This document shows, piece by piece, positions 39,020-52,615 of a stretch of DNA of 64,000 nt. Source of the DNA: Octopus sinensis. Taxonomy: Eukaryota. Each line of letters starts with the position of its first letter. The first letter of the stretch is position 1. Both the position numbers and the translations under genes were made by a program. The notes below the pieces were generated by a model. The model did not search any database, was not told where the DNA came from, and saw only the letters and a list, made by a program, of their open reading frames with translations. The stretch spans positions 51,460,001 through 51,524,000 of the forward strand of contig NC_043015.1 in the NCBI RefSeq assembly GCF_006345805.1, given 5' to 3'.

Positions 39020-39621
39020 ACACCCAATCTTCCTGTAACCAGCAACTCAAGTGATTCGTTAATCACTGTTTTTCTGTATCAACAGAGACTACATTTGTCT
39101 ATAGTGGCTAAATGCTTCCGATGATGCGGGAAGACGCTGAGATCTAGATTTAACAATTCCACCACCGCTGCTGGACATTTGTCATCTGCTACTAATATAA
39201 CTATGAGTCTATATGAGATGTTCTCTTGAAACGAATATCATCGCTTTGTGGCATTTTACAAGCTTTCTCAACGTTAAGTAAGATACACAGAATGCTATTA
39301 TATAGCGTTTTCATTATATACAGAATGTCAGTCAGGTTATAATTATATATATATATATATATATACACACATTTGAGATAGATAAGTTTCTTTATTGGCC
39401 ACACAGGGCTGCACACAGATGGGACAAGTTACATGGTAGAGCTTTTCTTTTGGGGGATGAAGAGAACAAAAACAAAAGAAAAAAGGGGGGTGGCGTAGGT
39501 TTTCGATTAAGAGGGATCGTAAAAGGGAAGAAAAAAAAATTGAATAAAATAAAAAGAATAAAAAGAAAAAAAAGAAAAGGAAAAGGAAAAAAGGAGAGAA
39601 ATGAAAAAAAAGAAAAAAAGG

Positions 39622-39704
39622 AGATAGATAGATAGATAGATAGATGATAGATAGATGATAGATAGATGATAGATAGATGATAGATAGATGATAGATAGAT
39701 AGAT

Positions 39705-39735
<31 letters not shown>

Positions 39736-40122
39736 GATAGATAGATGATAGATAGATGATAGATATGATGATAGATGATAGATAGATATAGAGATAGATA
39801 GATAGATAGATAGATGGATATAGATAGATGATAGATAGATGAAGATAGATAGATAAGATGATAGATAGATAGATAGATAGATGATAGATAGATGATAGAT
39901 AGATGATAGATAGATGATAGATAGATGATAGATAGATAGATAGATAGATAGATGATAGATAGATGATAGATAGATGATAGATAGATGATAGATAGATGAT
40001 AGATAGATAGATGATAGATAGATGATAGATAGATGATAGATAGATGATAGATAGATGATAGATAGATGATAGATAGATAGATGATAGATAGATAGATAGA
40101 TAGATAGATGATAGATAGATAG
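39622..40122. repeat. (GATA)n/(GATAGAT) array of ~500 bp
   Basis: Direct inspection; source of the IYLS-type ORFs. Confidence 0.97.
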
Positions 40123-41289
40123 AGTGTGTGTGTGTGTGTCGGTCGATATCATAGGTAGTATCATACATATAGAGTATGTTAGTCGATATCAGTTAAATAA
40201 ACGCCAGAAAGACAGCTCCAACAATGAAAAGGAAGTTAGAAATATGAAAGGAGACAATAAAAACATGGAATGGAATATGAATGAGAAATACGAAAGAAAA
40301 GAATTTTTACTTCGATATTGGGCTAGACATTTGAGTAAAGATAAGCAGTGAATAGCAAAGGCTTCTTTGAGATATTTCTAACAAGAGAGGGGAAAGAAGA
40401 GGAAGAAGACTAGATGCATAAAATTAGTGACACGTGGAAAATTGAGATTGTTAGTTATAGTAAAGTGAACAGGAGAGAACGAGACGTAAATTTAAAAATC
40501 GCGAATTGAATTAGAAAAAATTTCAAAAGAATACACTTTTTTTTTCCCTATTTTTATTAATTATTTATTTTTCTCATTATTGATTTCAATGATGTTTCCA
40601 ATTTAATTTGGAATATTGCAGAATGGAAATCTTTTGAAAAGCAATTCATAAAATTGACATTTTTATTTTCTGTGAAATGTTTGAAGTTGAAAGCGTTAGA
40701 AGTATTCAGTCCGTTTGCTAAATGTTTGTTTGCCTTAGATACACCGTTTTAATAAGAAAAACTGGATGCATTGGCTTACATGTTCATGGATGAATAGTTC
40801 AAAATCAACCATTAAGGTTTCGTAGAACTTATGAACAGAACATTTTATTCTTCATTCAAAAACACACAAAAACTCCTAACTTCACTTAAATCTTTATTAC
40901 TTAGTTTCAAAAACTTTTCGCTGCACCAATTGCGACCTGGTCACTCGAGCGGTTACACTGTATCCCAAAACGTCAGGTTGCAATTAGCGAGACGAAGATT
41001 CTGACACAAAATAGTAAATATGTTGTGTTTTTGTATGGCTAACATGCGTCTTCCACGCTCTAATTGTTTTAGTTTTAACACGCGGTATCATCTCAAATCA
41101 CTTGCCTAACAAATACGCCACCGAAATTTTATACTTTGTTGCTTTAGTTCATATCACAGCTGGAAATAGTTGCCAGATCCTTGCATCCACCAACTGTCTC
41201 AGTTCACCTGCTTATTGAAGGAGGCGTCAGTTGATCTAACAATATTAACTGTGGTACAGTTCTACATTTAAGAGATGAGGAATTATGTA

Positions 41290-41483
41290 CATTGTTTACT
41301 TTTGACGGATATTTGTTCTCATCATGTTTGTTGTTAACACAACGTTTCGAAAAATACCATAGGAATGAGAACCCAGGTTTGAAATTTCCCCAAGACACCT
41401 GATACAGGCTGGAGGGTATATCAGCCGAAACGTATTAACATTAAAGAAGATGAGGACAAATATCCGTCAAATGTAAATAATTA
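41290..41483. mobile_element. Inverted pLTR-like fragments with degenerate HHR (41395-41434 +)
   Basis: ACAC-CTGATAC-AGGCTG-gagggtatat-CAGCC-GAAA-CG-TA; the inverted partner retains GAAACGTT-GTGT, the stem I complement. Confidence 0.55.
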
Positions 41484-43477
41484 ACTGTGGTAGACTGATA
41501 ACTGCCGTAGCCAAGGGAAGATTTATGTCTCCTCTCAGGAATAGCTACCAAAGGTTCTGAGCAGACCACCAATCGCCTTATGATAAACTGGGTGGCCGAT
41601 CCCGGTGGAGGAAACTCATCTGCTTAATTCCTTGGAATTAAGTATCACTGGGGTTTTCGAAGCATTTTCATAAATTTGCCCTAGACATCCATGCTTGCTT
41701 TCAGACCTCTAGTCTTTGTTTCTTATGTTCCGTGAAATATAAAGCCTTCCTTTCATAAGCCCCAAATTACTCTGGTGGTTGAGACAAAAAAAAAAAAAGA
41801 AAAAGAAATGGGAATGAGTATCATATGCAAAAACCCCAACTGTGAAAGTTTTTTTTCCTTTTGTATATCAATAACGGTACTGTTCCACGTCATTTTTTTT
41901 TATAAAGGGCGATCGAATGCGATCTGAGTGAAATTTGGCGGCCATTTTTCTCAGATCGAGCAAACTGGTATTGCTTTCTCTGCTGGCTAATTTATCTTTT
42001 ATGAACCTTCCCGCCCACTTTCCCAAAGGGAAAATTGAAATCCGTTAGTTTGCAAACATTGAACAAAAATCATTGAAAAATCTTCGATGGGTATTTCGTA
42101 ATTGTTTCAATATGTTCCACGGCAATTCTATGATGGCGAAATATTTCAATAAAAGTTGAAGGATGAATAAGTCTACTTAACTAATAAACATCGATGAGTA
42201 GGCGTTAGAAAGGAGATCGAACTACAAAGGGTTTACGCTAATAACTTTAGTTGCATCATACCTCCACCGTCCCCCGCCTGTGACTGCTCTATCTCTGACC
42301 GTTTCGAGAGTAATTTACTTTAGAATGAAAGCGTTTCGCTATAAAACAATCGAAGAGGGAGCTATTATATAAGAACAATAGTAAATGCAAACTGGCATGA
42401 CCTTGTATTACCTTATTTAATGATTATTACGACAATTACAGTTTAGGAATTAGGATAATCATATGATTCTGTTGGGCTAATACTCCTGATATATCGACTG
42501 TTAACATTTATTAGCAATAATTCTTTTTATGGCAGTTAACGGAGCTGTGGCGAGCGCCGTAGAGTACGTGAGGCAAGCTCCTGGCGAAACAAAACCTATC
42601 ATCTTGTTGTTATTGTTGTTGTTCTTCTTCCAGTCAGGACTCACGCCATTAGCCACAAAGAATAATCTCTAATTCGAACCTACTCTAAGCTACTAAGAAT
42701 GTGTGTGGCAACTTGAAGACCCACCCACCACACGTGATAGACTGGTGGTTGTACGAGCGCGAAAGTTACGTTGTTATCCCAATTCCGTAAACGGTGGCTT
42801 TTAACGGATGGAGAGCTGAACCATCCTGGGGTTCAACACTACTACACTCTTATAGTTTACTCTTTAGATATTTTGGAAATACTTTTTGATCATCCTTCGC
42901 TGATAGGGTCGAACAAGGCCGAAACATGTTAGAGCCAGATTGACTTCCCACTCAATTTTATTATGAATTTTAATTATTGTAAATTTAGGGTTCTTACTCA
43001 GCATTTTTTTATAAACATTTCTCCCTCTTTAACGGTTGTCCTCTCCTAGACCCGCTTCGAGATTTTGGGAGACGTATCTTTTGTACACACGCCTCATGCT
43101 TTCCATAACAAAGTGTAAGCTTATTGTTAGGTGTTTCAGCGTTTAGTAGAAACTGCAATATATTTGACGAACTTCTACCTAAGATCCGAACGCATCTCTT
43201 GTTAATCGGTGCGTCAGACGAAATGGTATGATTATTCTTTCGAACCCTTTTCATACTGTAGTTTATGGTGATAGAATTTCTTCCAGGCATCAAGTTAGTA
43301 TTTATATCTGACCCGAGAAATTCATAAGAATAATTATCTCATCATTAACATTTTAATTAATTGATAGTCTGTCCGCTCCGTCGACGAGGGTTCCAGTTGA
43401 TCCGATCAACGGAAAGACCCGCTCGTGAAATTGACATGCAAGTGGCAGAGCACTCAACGGACACGTGTACCCTTAAT

Positions 43478-43744
43478 CGGGGCTGTGGAGTCGGAGTCGG
43501 AAACAATTAAGGGAGAGTCGGAGTCAGTATAGTTTTACCGACAATATCTTTATTCTTTAATATAAACCAGTTGTAATATAAATCAATTATAACATATAGG
43601 CCTACTCAAAGTACAAGCGTATGCATATGCTTTATGGGATATGTAGACAAGAATCACTTGATTACATAAAGAAGAGTCGGAGTCGGAGGTGCCAATAGTA
43701 GAGGAGTCAGAGTCGTAGCTTTCTGTTTCGACTCCATAGACCTG
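43478..43744. mobile_element. hAT-type MITE nested in a family E SINE
   Basis: 8-bp TSD cccttaat (43470-43477 and 43745-43752); 16-bp imperfect TIRs c(a/g)gg(g/t)ct(g/a)tggagtcg; internal GGAGTC repeats. Confidence 0.85.
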
Positions 43745-44489
43745 CCCTTAATGTAGTTCTCAGGAAGATTCAGCGTGACACAAAGTGTGACAAGGCTGGC
43801 TCTTTCGAAATATAGGTATCACTCATTTTTGCCAGCTGAGTAGACTGGAGCAATGTGAAATAAAGTGTCTTGCTCAAGGACATAACGCATCGCTGGGAAT
43901 TGAACTCACGACCTTATGACTGAAAGCCGAATGCCCTAACCTCCAAGCCACGAGCAGTCTCAGTTTTAATTAACATTTCTAAGTTCTGTACTCTAAGTAC
44001 CTTTTAACCTATCTTATTAACAACTAAGCAAAGACTATATTGTTCAATGTGTCCTTTAAAAAAACAGACAGTAGGATGTATTTTGAAAAGGTCTTGGCTG
44101 TTATGTCTAGCATACTGAACTATTAATGAGGATACACTGTTCGTTTCTATCCCAGGTTGAAGGATTTTCATTTCCCATACGACTTTATTTTCCTCGGAAG
44201 AGGGGGGAATGTGGGAGCTAACGCCTAAAAATAATCTGTACGAAACGATCATCTGCATGAAATAAAATTCCCTTATATATTTTAACAACTTGTCTTCTCA
44301 ATTTTCAACAAAATTGTTGAGTTTCATGGGATTTGTTTCCATAAATTCACTATGCATCATATACAAGTATTACTTTCATATCTTCGCAAATTTACGCCTG
44401 TAAACTACCAGCAAAATATGAAGAATCAACATTAGAAATCTTTTTTGGAAACCTCCAGATTAAAGGACGAATCTACATTCAACCTTTTT

Positions 44490-44523
<34 letters not shown>

Positions 44524-44802
44524 CGTCAATGTATCGTATATCCGAAAGAGAAGCATACTCTTAAGCATAGAGCAGTAATAAAAGTAATTGATTCCCCCCT
44601 GTTTTGGCCAAAAAAAAAAAAAACTGGTCTGAGGGAGATAACCCGTCCTCGGTGATCTCGGAATATTTATTCTTCTGTGACAATTGACCAAATGACCGTG
44701 ACAGATTCCTGCCTCCCAGAGATGAAGAATTACATTTGTTTTCGGTCTTAGAATCTGACGAGACATCCGCGAGGCTAAGGTCTTTGTGAATAAGAAACCA
44801 TT

Positions 44803-44885
<83 letters not shown>

Positions 44886-45030
44886 CCTATGAGGATATTT
44901 AGACCTCTTATAGGGATATTTTTTATCCAAGATACACTGGTTTGGGATATCGTATTTTGATGAGATATTTCTTCAATGAATATATTATATAAAATATCAA
45001 ATATTATTAAGTTTGAAAACGGAGATACAA

Positions 45031-45332
45031 ATTAATCGATTAATTAACATCTTTACGTATAATTGTTTCATTTCGCATCCAAAACATATATAAATATATA
45101 AACTTGCATTTCAAAATACCTTGGGTGGAAAAATCATCAGAGCATGAAAAGGGACAATACAAGGATTACACTACGATCTGTTGGAATACTCCAAGGTACT
45201 AAAGAACCTGGAGTATTCCTTGTATTGTCCATTTTTCATGCTCTGATGATTTTCCATATATTTATATATGTTTTGTAGTTTAAATTGGATGCGAAATGAA
45301 ACAATTGTAGGTGAAGATGTTAATAAATTAAT
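45031..45332. repeat. Imperfect ~300-bp fold-back, MITE-like
   Basis: aacatctt...aattgtttcatttcgcatcca...aaatcatcagagcatgaaaa pairs with the mirror half; apical hairpin gaatactcca/tggagtattc. Confidence 0.7.
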
Positions 45333-45366
45333 GGGTATTCATTGGATCTCTACGTTTTCAAACTTA

Positions 45367-45409
<43 letters not shown>

Positions 45410-45684
45410 AGGCACATGACTCAGTGGTTAGAGTATCTAGCTTACTATCGTGAGGTTGTGATTTCGATTTCCGGACTGCGTGTTGTGTTCTTGAGCAAGA
45501 CACTTTATTTCACGTTGCCCGACGTCACTGGTAGCAAGCTGTATGGGCCTTTCCCTTGGATAACATCGGTATGTATGGGTGACTACTGATCTTCCATAGG
45601 CGGCCTTGCCCAGACGTGCTTTGGAGGGGAACTTTCTAGATGCAAACCCATGGTTATTCATGACCGAAGGAGGACACCCGTGTA

Positions 45685-45740
<56 letters not shown>

Positions 45741-46074
45741 TAACAAAATATACAAACTGGGACAAGAACGTGAAACAATTAGAAGACGACACAAAAAACA
45801 CGGACGGGACATTCGAAGCCTTCAATCTTCAGTGAAGAACCGGATCATCTTTGCAATTTCGGCTGATTAATCTTGAGATTGCTCCGACCTGGGCAGCCCC
45901 AAAGGAAAATCTAAGCCAAGCGCATTAGATTCCTTGGAAGAAAGCCTCGAATGTATACAAAACAAGGACGGAAAACGGACGATGTTACACGAATAAGAAT
46001 ACAAAAATACGTAAAAACAATAATGATAATAATAACAACAAAACCAGGACGGGAAGGACAAGCGTCCGCAAATA

Positions 46075-46279
46075 CACCGTATATGCTGGCCTGTAAGATG
46101 CACTTTCTTTTCTAGAAAAAAGAAAATTGCCTGCAAAAATCACCCCGGTTCCTATAGGCAAATATAGGCCTATAGCACATGCATTCGAGCATCTAAAGCA
46201 TTTCTTTACCTGAATTTGCACTGCTGAAATTGGGGTGCGTCTAATACGCCGGTGCAGATTTTTATGCGATCAAATACAG
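46075..46279. mobile_element. Degenerate pogo/Tigger-like MITE
   Basis: Ends ccgtatatgctggcctgtaagatgcac and ggtgcgtctaatacg...aaatacagta resemble CCGTATTTT...TAAGACGCAC termini. Confidence 0.45.
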
Positions 46280-46538
46280 TACATAGAGCATACGTCACAA
46301 GGTTTTCTCTATATCATCTATTATTTTTTTCTAAGATGAGAATTTGGAACATTCATGCATTTCCCGAGGGCGTAAACAGCATTAAGTAAAGTACAATGGC
46401 CTTAACTGACAATCGAAACAAGCTCGCGAGATTTAATTCACCCAAAGATTAAATACTAAAGTGTATATATACTAAAGTGTATAGAACAGACGTCACAAAT
46501 TTTCTTTATATTATTATTACCTATAACATATTATACAT

Positions 46539-46572
<34 letters not shown>

Positions 46573-47159
46573 GTATGTATGTATATTTTTTAAAGACCAC
46601 CATTAAGTAAAGTCTCTGAAATACTCCTTTTGCTATAAACATTTAACAGATCAAGAGAAGTTTTCCTATGTTTGATGAACTATCCTCCAGACTCCCAGGT
46701 GGCGCTCACAAACGAAATTCTTTCCTTTGAATGCAGCAGACTTATTTAGCATTTAGGCAATCGATATTTTTCCGATGAAGTTCTGTTTTAAAGGGAAGGA
46801 AAAGATATCATTTGAAGCCAATCCCCTGATATTAGTTCGACACGACGGTTTAGCTTTGATATGAGAAAGTTGACACAAACAAGTAATTCTATGTTCTGAC
46901 ATCATCTGAGATAACTTTACATTTATTTCTGTTACGAAGAATTGATAAATATAATGTACTTGATAATGTTTTGATAGACATAAAGCTATATCGTAAAGGC
47001 TGAGTTGTTGAATGGGCACTTGTTTATCACACACACACATACACACATTATATATATGTATATATATATATATATACGCACACAGACGATATTCAGTGGT
47101 TGTTTAATGTAAATTATTTGTTAAATATAAGCTGTAATTGCTATGGAGGTGTAGGTCAA

Positions 47160-48070
47160 TGTATATTGACATTCAACATACACACATACATACATACATA
47201 CATACATACATACATACGTACATACATACATACACACACAGACGCGTGAATATACTATATCGCGGCACAAAAATATACGCACGCATGCACACATATACTT
47301 AGTACATTGTGTATACACATACACACGCACATATACTCACACACACGTCTATACACACACATACATAAATACGCACACGCACACATATATACACGCACTC
47401 ATACGTACACACACTCATACGTACACAAACATATATACACGCACACATACGTACACACACATATACATGCACACATGCATATATACGCACATACACGCAC
47501 ACATATATATAAACGCACGAACATATACACGCATACATATGTACACATATACATGCACACACATATATACACGCACACACATATACACACACTTATATAC
47601 ACGCACATACATATACGCACACATACATATATACAAATATACACGCTCACAATACATATATACAAATATACACGCTCACAATACATATATACAAATATAC
47701 ACGCTCACAATACATATACAAGCTCATGCATACATATACACACATATACACGCTCACACATGCATATACACAAACATATACATGTACACACATACACATA
47801 CGTGCACACACACATCTATACACGCACACATACATATACACACAAACATATATACACGAAAACATATATACACGAACACATACATATATACACAAACACA
47901 TACTTATATACCCACATATATACATATATACACATACTCATACTTATATGGCCACATATATACATATATACACATACATATATACACATACATATATATA
48001 CACGCATTATATATATATATGCACACTCATACGCACACATATACTCACATATATATATTTGTGTATGTAT
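47160..48070. repeat. Compound (CA)/(TA)/(CATA) low-complexity tract
   Basis: Direct inspection; source of the HTY-rich ORFs. Confidence 0.95.
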
Positions 48071-48407
48071 ATGAGAATAAAACACGAAAAGTCTATTATT
48101 GATTATATTTGGACGTTTAAAAAAAATCATTACCATTAACTAAAAAAATATACGAGACAGACTCAACTACACACACACATTGTCAAATATACTTACCACA
48201 GATACTAAAAACTACCACCATCACCACCACTAACAACATCATCAACAACAACAACAAGAACCGTATGGAGGTCAAACGGGCATGTCAACATAGTTTAAAT
48301 AATTTCTCGTCCGTGAATTATTGTTCTCTTTATCCCGATTTACCTGAAACGACTCGCTAATGCCTATCAATCAATAAATAAATAAATATAGAAGACTAAT
48401 AATAATG

Positions 48408-48474
<67 letters not shown>

Positions 48475-49224
48475 TAATAAAGATGATGATGATGACCATC
48501 ATCATACGATTTCAGTCTATTTATATCAACTCCAAAATGTCCGCTCCTTTTCTCTCTTTCCACATATGAACACAGGAATTCTTCGACGTGTTCAAGCCGG
48601 TGTGGAATCGAACCCAACAACTGTAGCGGCGGTGATGGCGATAGCAGCGGCAGCAGCGAATTAAAAGGAATCGCGAAAGTGCTGGTTGGAATTACTCGAG
48701 ATGGTTATCTATTTCTTCTGAGATCGAATCTCGTCGAAGTCAGCCCTGCGTTTTTATCCCTTTGCGGAGTGCAGAAATAAAATATATGAGTTAGTTCTAG
48801 TTACGGAAAATCGATAAATCATTATTTTTTTTACTTTTACATCGACCCCAGTGCGTAACTGGTACTTAATTTATCGACCCCGAAAGGATGAAAGGCAAAG
48901 TCGACCTCGGTGGAATTTGAACTCAGAACGTAGCGGCATACGAAATCCCTTGTTTTTGTTATTAGATTGCGGCCATGCTGGGGCACTGCCTTGAAGAATT
49001 TTTTGTTGAACGAACCGACCCCCAGTACTATATTTTTTTTAAAGACTGGTAATTATTCTATCGGTATCTTCTGCCTGAACCGCTAAGTTAAAGGGACGTA
49101 AGCACACCAACACCGATTGTCAAAGACGCATACATAGGCGACGGGCTTCTTTCAGTTTCCGTCTACCAAATCCACTTGCAAGGCTTTGGTCGGTCCAAGG
49201 CTATAATAGAAGATACTCTACTAT

Positions 49225-49465
49225 AGGCGGCAAGCTGGCAGAAACGTTAGCACGCCGGGCGAAATGCGTAGCCGTATTTCGTCTGTCTTTATGTTCTGAG
49301 TTCAAATTCCGCCGAGGTCGACTTTGCCTTTCATACTTTCGGGGTCGATTAAATAAGTACCAGTTACGCACTGGGGTCGATGCAATCGACTTAATCCCTT
49401 TGTCTTTCCTTGGTTATCCCCTCTGTGGTTCGCCCCCTGTGGGCAATAAAGAAATAAAAATAAGA
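49225..49465 (+). mobile_element. SINE family B nested in a minus-strand family A copy (~48950-49560)
   Basis: Family A sequence is interrupted at agaagat/agaagac and resumes afterwards. Confidence 0.75.
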
Positions 49466-51419
49466 AGACGCTTAGCCATGGTGCCACGTAGGGAGACTGA
49501 ATCCGGAACAATGTGGCTGAGAAGTAGGCTTCTTACCACGCCGCCACGCCTGCGCCTAAATATAACCATTATTTTAAAGTACTTTCGATCTTTACTATAT
49601 TATACACAAGTAATACTTCTTTCTGATTTTGGCACAAGGCCAGCAATTTGAGAGGAGGGGAAGTTGATTAAATCGACCCCGCTCCTCTTACCAGTATTTG
49701 ATGTGCTTTATTTTATTGACCTCGGAAAGATGAACGGCGAAGCCAACCCCGGTGGAATTTGAACTCAGAACGTAAAAAAGATGGGTATGCTTTCGGTTGC
49801 GACGACGAGAGTTCCAGTTGATCCGATTAACGGAAGAGCCTGCTCGTGAAATTAACATGCAAGTGGCTGAGTATTCCACAGACATGCATACCCATAACGT
49901 AGTTCTCAGGGAGATTAAGTGTTACACAGAATATGACAAGGCTGACCCTTGTGAATTACAGGCACAAGTAATTTTTGCCAGCTGAGTGGACTGGAGCAAC
50001 ATAAAATAAAATATCTCGCTGGAAACCGAACTCATGACCTCACGATTGTGAGCCGAATGCCTTAACCACTAAGCCATGCGTCTTCACTCTGAACGTAAAG
50101 CCGGAAGAAATGGCGCTGAGTATTTTATCCGTAGTGATGACGATTCTGCCTGCTTATCGTATGTGTTCGGGTAAAAGAAAAGACAGAGGCGGCAAAACAT
50201 GAAATAAAGAAGATATCAATGAAAGCCAAACGATAATATCTCATGAATTATAAAATCGTATATTTTGAAAGGCTGAGGTTTTGAATTGTCTGTAGCAGAC
50301 AAAGTGGTGCCTTGGAAAAGAAAAAAAACCCGATTAAAGGTGACAGAAAACTACCTTTATTTTCATTGACAATTCTATAAGTACACGGCACTCGTCAAAG
50401 GAAGTCACCAGGTTTAGTTCGTCCACTTAATGGTGCAACACAGGAAAGAAGGGAGGGTGGAAACATAAGGTTTCATTTCAATAGTGTACTCAAAGACGTT
50501 ATTGCTGTTGTTTAGCCCACCCCCAGGTCGGACCAGGGACGACCTAGAATGCATATGATATAAACGCTCCACCCATGAGCATCCAGATTTATAGTGTATC
50601 TCAGACCACAGTATCCAGAGACTACTTATCTCTATTTAAGACGGAAGACTATTGCAGAGTCCTTTCAAATGTGATTTATTTCGAATCTTATTTGAGAGGG
50701 GTGTTTTTGCGGTTCTATTCTTACCTGTTTTGAAATTTGACTAAATTTTACCTCATTTCAAGGCATATGACGATGGAGTGCCAAATAGAATCCTACGACT
50801 ACCAAACAAAAAAAAACGAATGAATTTATCTGACAATCCAGCATTAGAATAAATCTGATACCACGTAATCAATATAAAATGTATTCTTATGCAAAATCCA
50901 GACGATCCATGAACGTCGGTACTTATAAGAAGCTTCAAAGATTGAAGCGTCCCCAACTCTTGGAATTCAACGTCATTACTCTGAAGGCAGCCAGCTTGTA
51001 ATTAATTTAGTTTCCCCTCATTGCTCCTTCTGATAATTGTCATGTGATTTGAATAAGTACCCACGGTAAATAAATTAGAGGATACCGCCTTGTAATTGTG
51101 AAACATGAAGAGAGACGAGTCGACAGAGAAATCTGTAGGTGGTGGCTCAGCTTACAAGAAATAGTAGCCAAATCTTCCTGAACTTATATGCTATCGGTAT
51201 AAATTATTCCCATGACAAAAGGAGGTGAAAAAAGCCCAAATGGTACCTGCAAACAGCTCATATGTAAAAACGGCAAGGTATGTCTGCTCTAGAGCGATCG
51301 ATTTGCAGAATCCTTAAAGTGTCAAACCGAAACGCCTTGTATTTAATTGTAATCGCTGACGGTCTGAGTTCAAATCCTGCCGAGCTTAATGAGTATGCAT
51401 TTGGTGAAAATTTCACATC

Positions 51420-51910
51420 TGAAACTGAAACAATCAATTTGAAATCTTAAATGTATTTGAAATGAAAATATATTTTCCATAATACATGGGTAACATATCT
51501 TTGAACTATTGATGCTTGAATTATTCTGGTCTACATATTCCTCTAATTTCTTAAAACGGTTACATCCACTGTCTTCCAACTTCCATATATAACCTGAACG
51601 GGTTTTAATGTCCATGCATCTTTTCGTTCCAGAAAGAAGAAATGAGATTGTAGTAGCGAATTTTGAAACTTCTCTCGGTTATTCTTATGTAGTGTTTGTA
51701 GTTTTGTTCGTCATTACTATTATTGAGTTTACTTTAACTATCGTAGTTATATTCGAGGAAGAACATAATTTTTTGCCTTTGCATATACATCTTGTATCAG
51801 TTTCTTTAGCTCGTTTCGATGAGCTATTTCTAATTTTGATTGTGCAACTGTGGCTCACCTTGATTGTCTTAGGGTCGAAAATATTTCCATTACCTGTTGT
51901 TTAATGGGAA
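51420..51910 (-). mobile_element. Decayed Penelope-like retroelement, linker and GIY-YIG endonuclease region
   Basis: IFDPKTIKVSHSC, RCICKGKKLC, frameshifted HYIRITERSFKIRYYNLISSF, SGYIWKLED and KICYPCIMEN follow the PLE pattern IFNxNTVKVSYSC...CxCx4C...YIGxTExxFKxRYYNH..SF...YIWxLK...CxLC. Confidence 0.75.
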
Positions 51911-52416
51911 GCTAAAACCTTTTTACTTTCTTGATATTTATAAATAAGGAGGCATAAATAATATCCTCATAGATATCTCGACAAAAATGTGAAGTCGTGG
52001 CCTGAATGCTTTTCATCATAGAACTGCTGCTTAACTAGGACTTGAATAAGGTTAAACAACAGCAGTCATAGTAATTCTACAATTGACTAAAGAACAGGTT
52101 CGACTGCTGTTGTTAGCGTGTGTTGCCATAAGAAGTATATTCCCTTTGGCAGAGAAATTTTGAGAAAATTCAGAAAATTCTGAAATCTCTTTGAGACACT
52201 TAAAACTAAAGCATCAAAATAAAACCGAAATCAGGCTGCTTAAGATAAGAAGTTCAGACAGAAACCAGAGCCGTTTGCCTTTGCATTTCTAAGTAGATTT
52301 AATCCCAACACTTACCTCGATGGAAACATTAAAAAGCGATGTACCCTCGTTTACTTTTGCACGTTTCTGAGAAAAATCCACAAAAAAGTTGGAATACATA
52401 AATACATAATATGCAC

Positions 52417-52615
52417 CTATGTAAACACACACACACACACATTAATATTTACCTACACATGTATACATACATACATACACGTGTTTAATACCTAATACAT
52501 AATATGCACCTATGTACACACACACACACATTAATATTTACCTACACATATGTATACATACATACATACATACATAATATATATATGTGTTTAATACCTA
52601 ATACATAATATGCAT
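52417..52615 (+). repeat. ~80-bp tandem duplication, ~2.5 copies, containing microsatellites
   Basis: cataatatgcacctatgta...attaatatttacctacacat...gtgtttaatacctaata repeated. Confidence 0.8.

Noticed and set aside
39115-39155. CCGATGA-TGCG..CGCT-GAGA-TCTAGA-TT HHR-like motif
   Set aside because: Two core changes and no stem I; could be chance or a very old relic
39343-40168. Long 273/258-aa ORFs
   Set aside because: They are translations of the (GATA)n array
43009-43293. 94-aa minus-strand ORF as a protein or TE domain
   Set aside because: No recognisable motif or splice support
45720-45960. HHR in the repeat shared with 8630-8790 and 59010-59080
   Set aside because: CTGAAGA/CTGAGGA is followed by GAAT and no NUH with stem I could be folded; treated only as a probable PLE-type fragment
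47299-48139. His/Thr/Tyr-rich ORFs
   Set aside because: They are translations of CA/TA microsatellites
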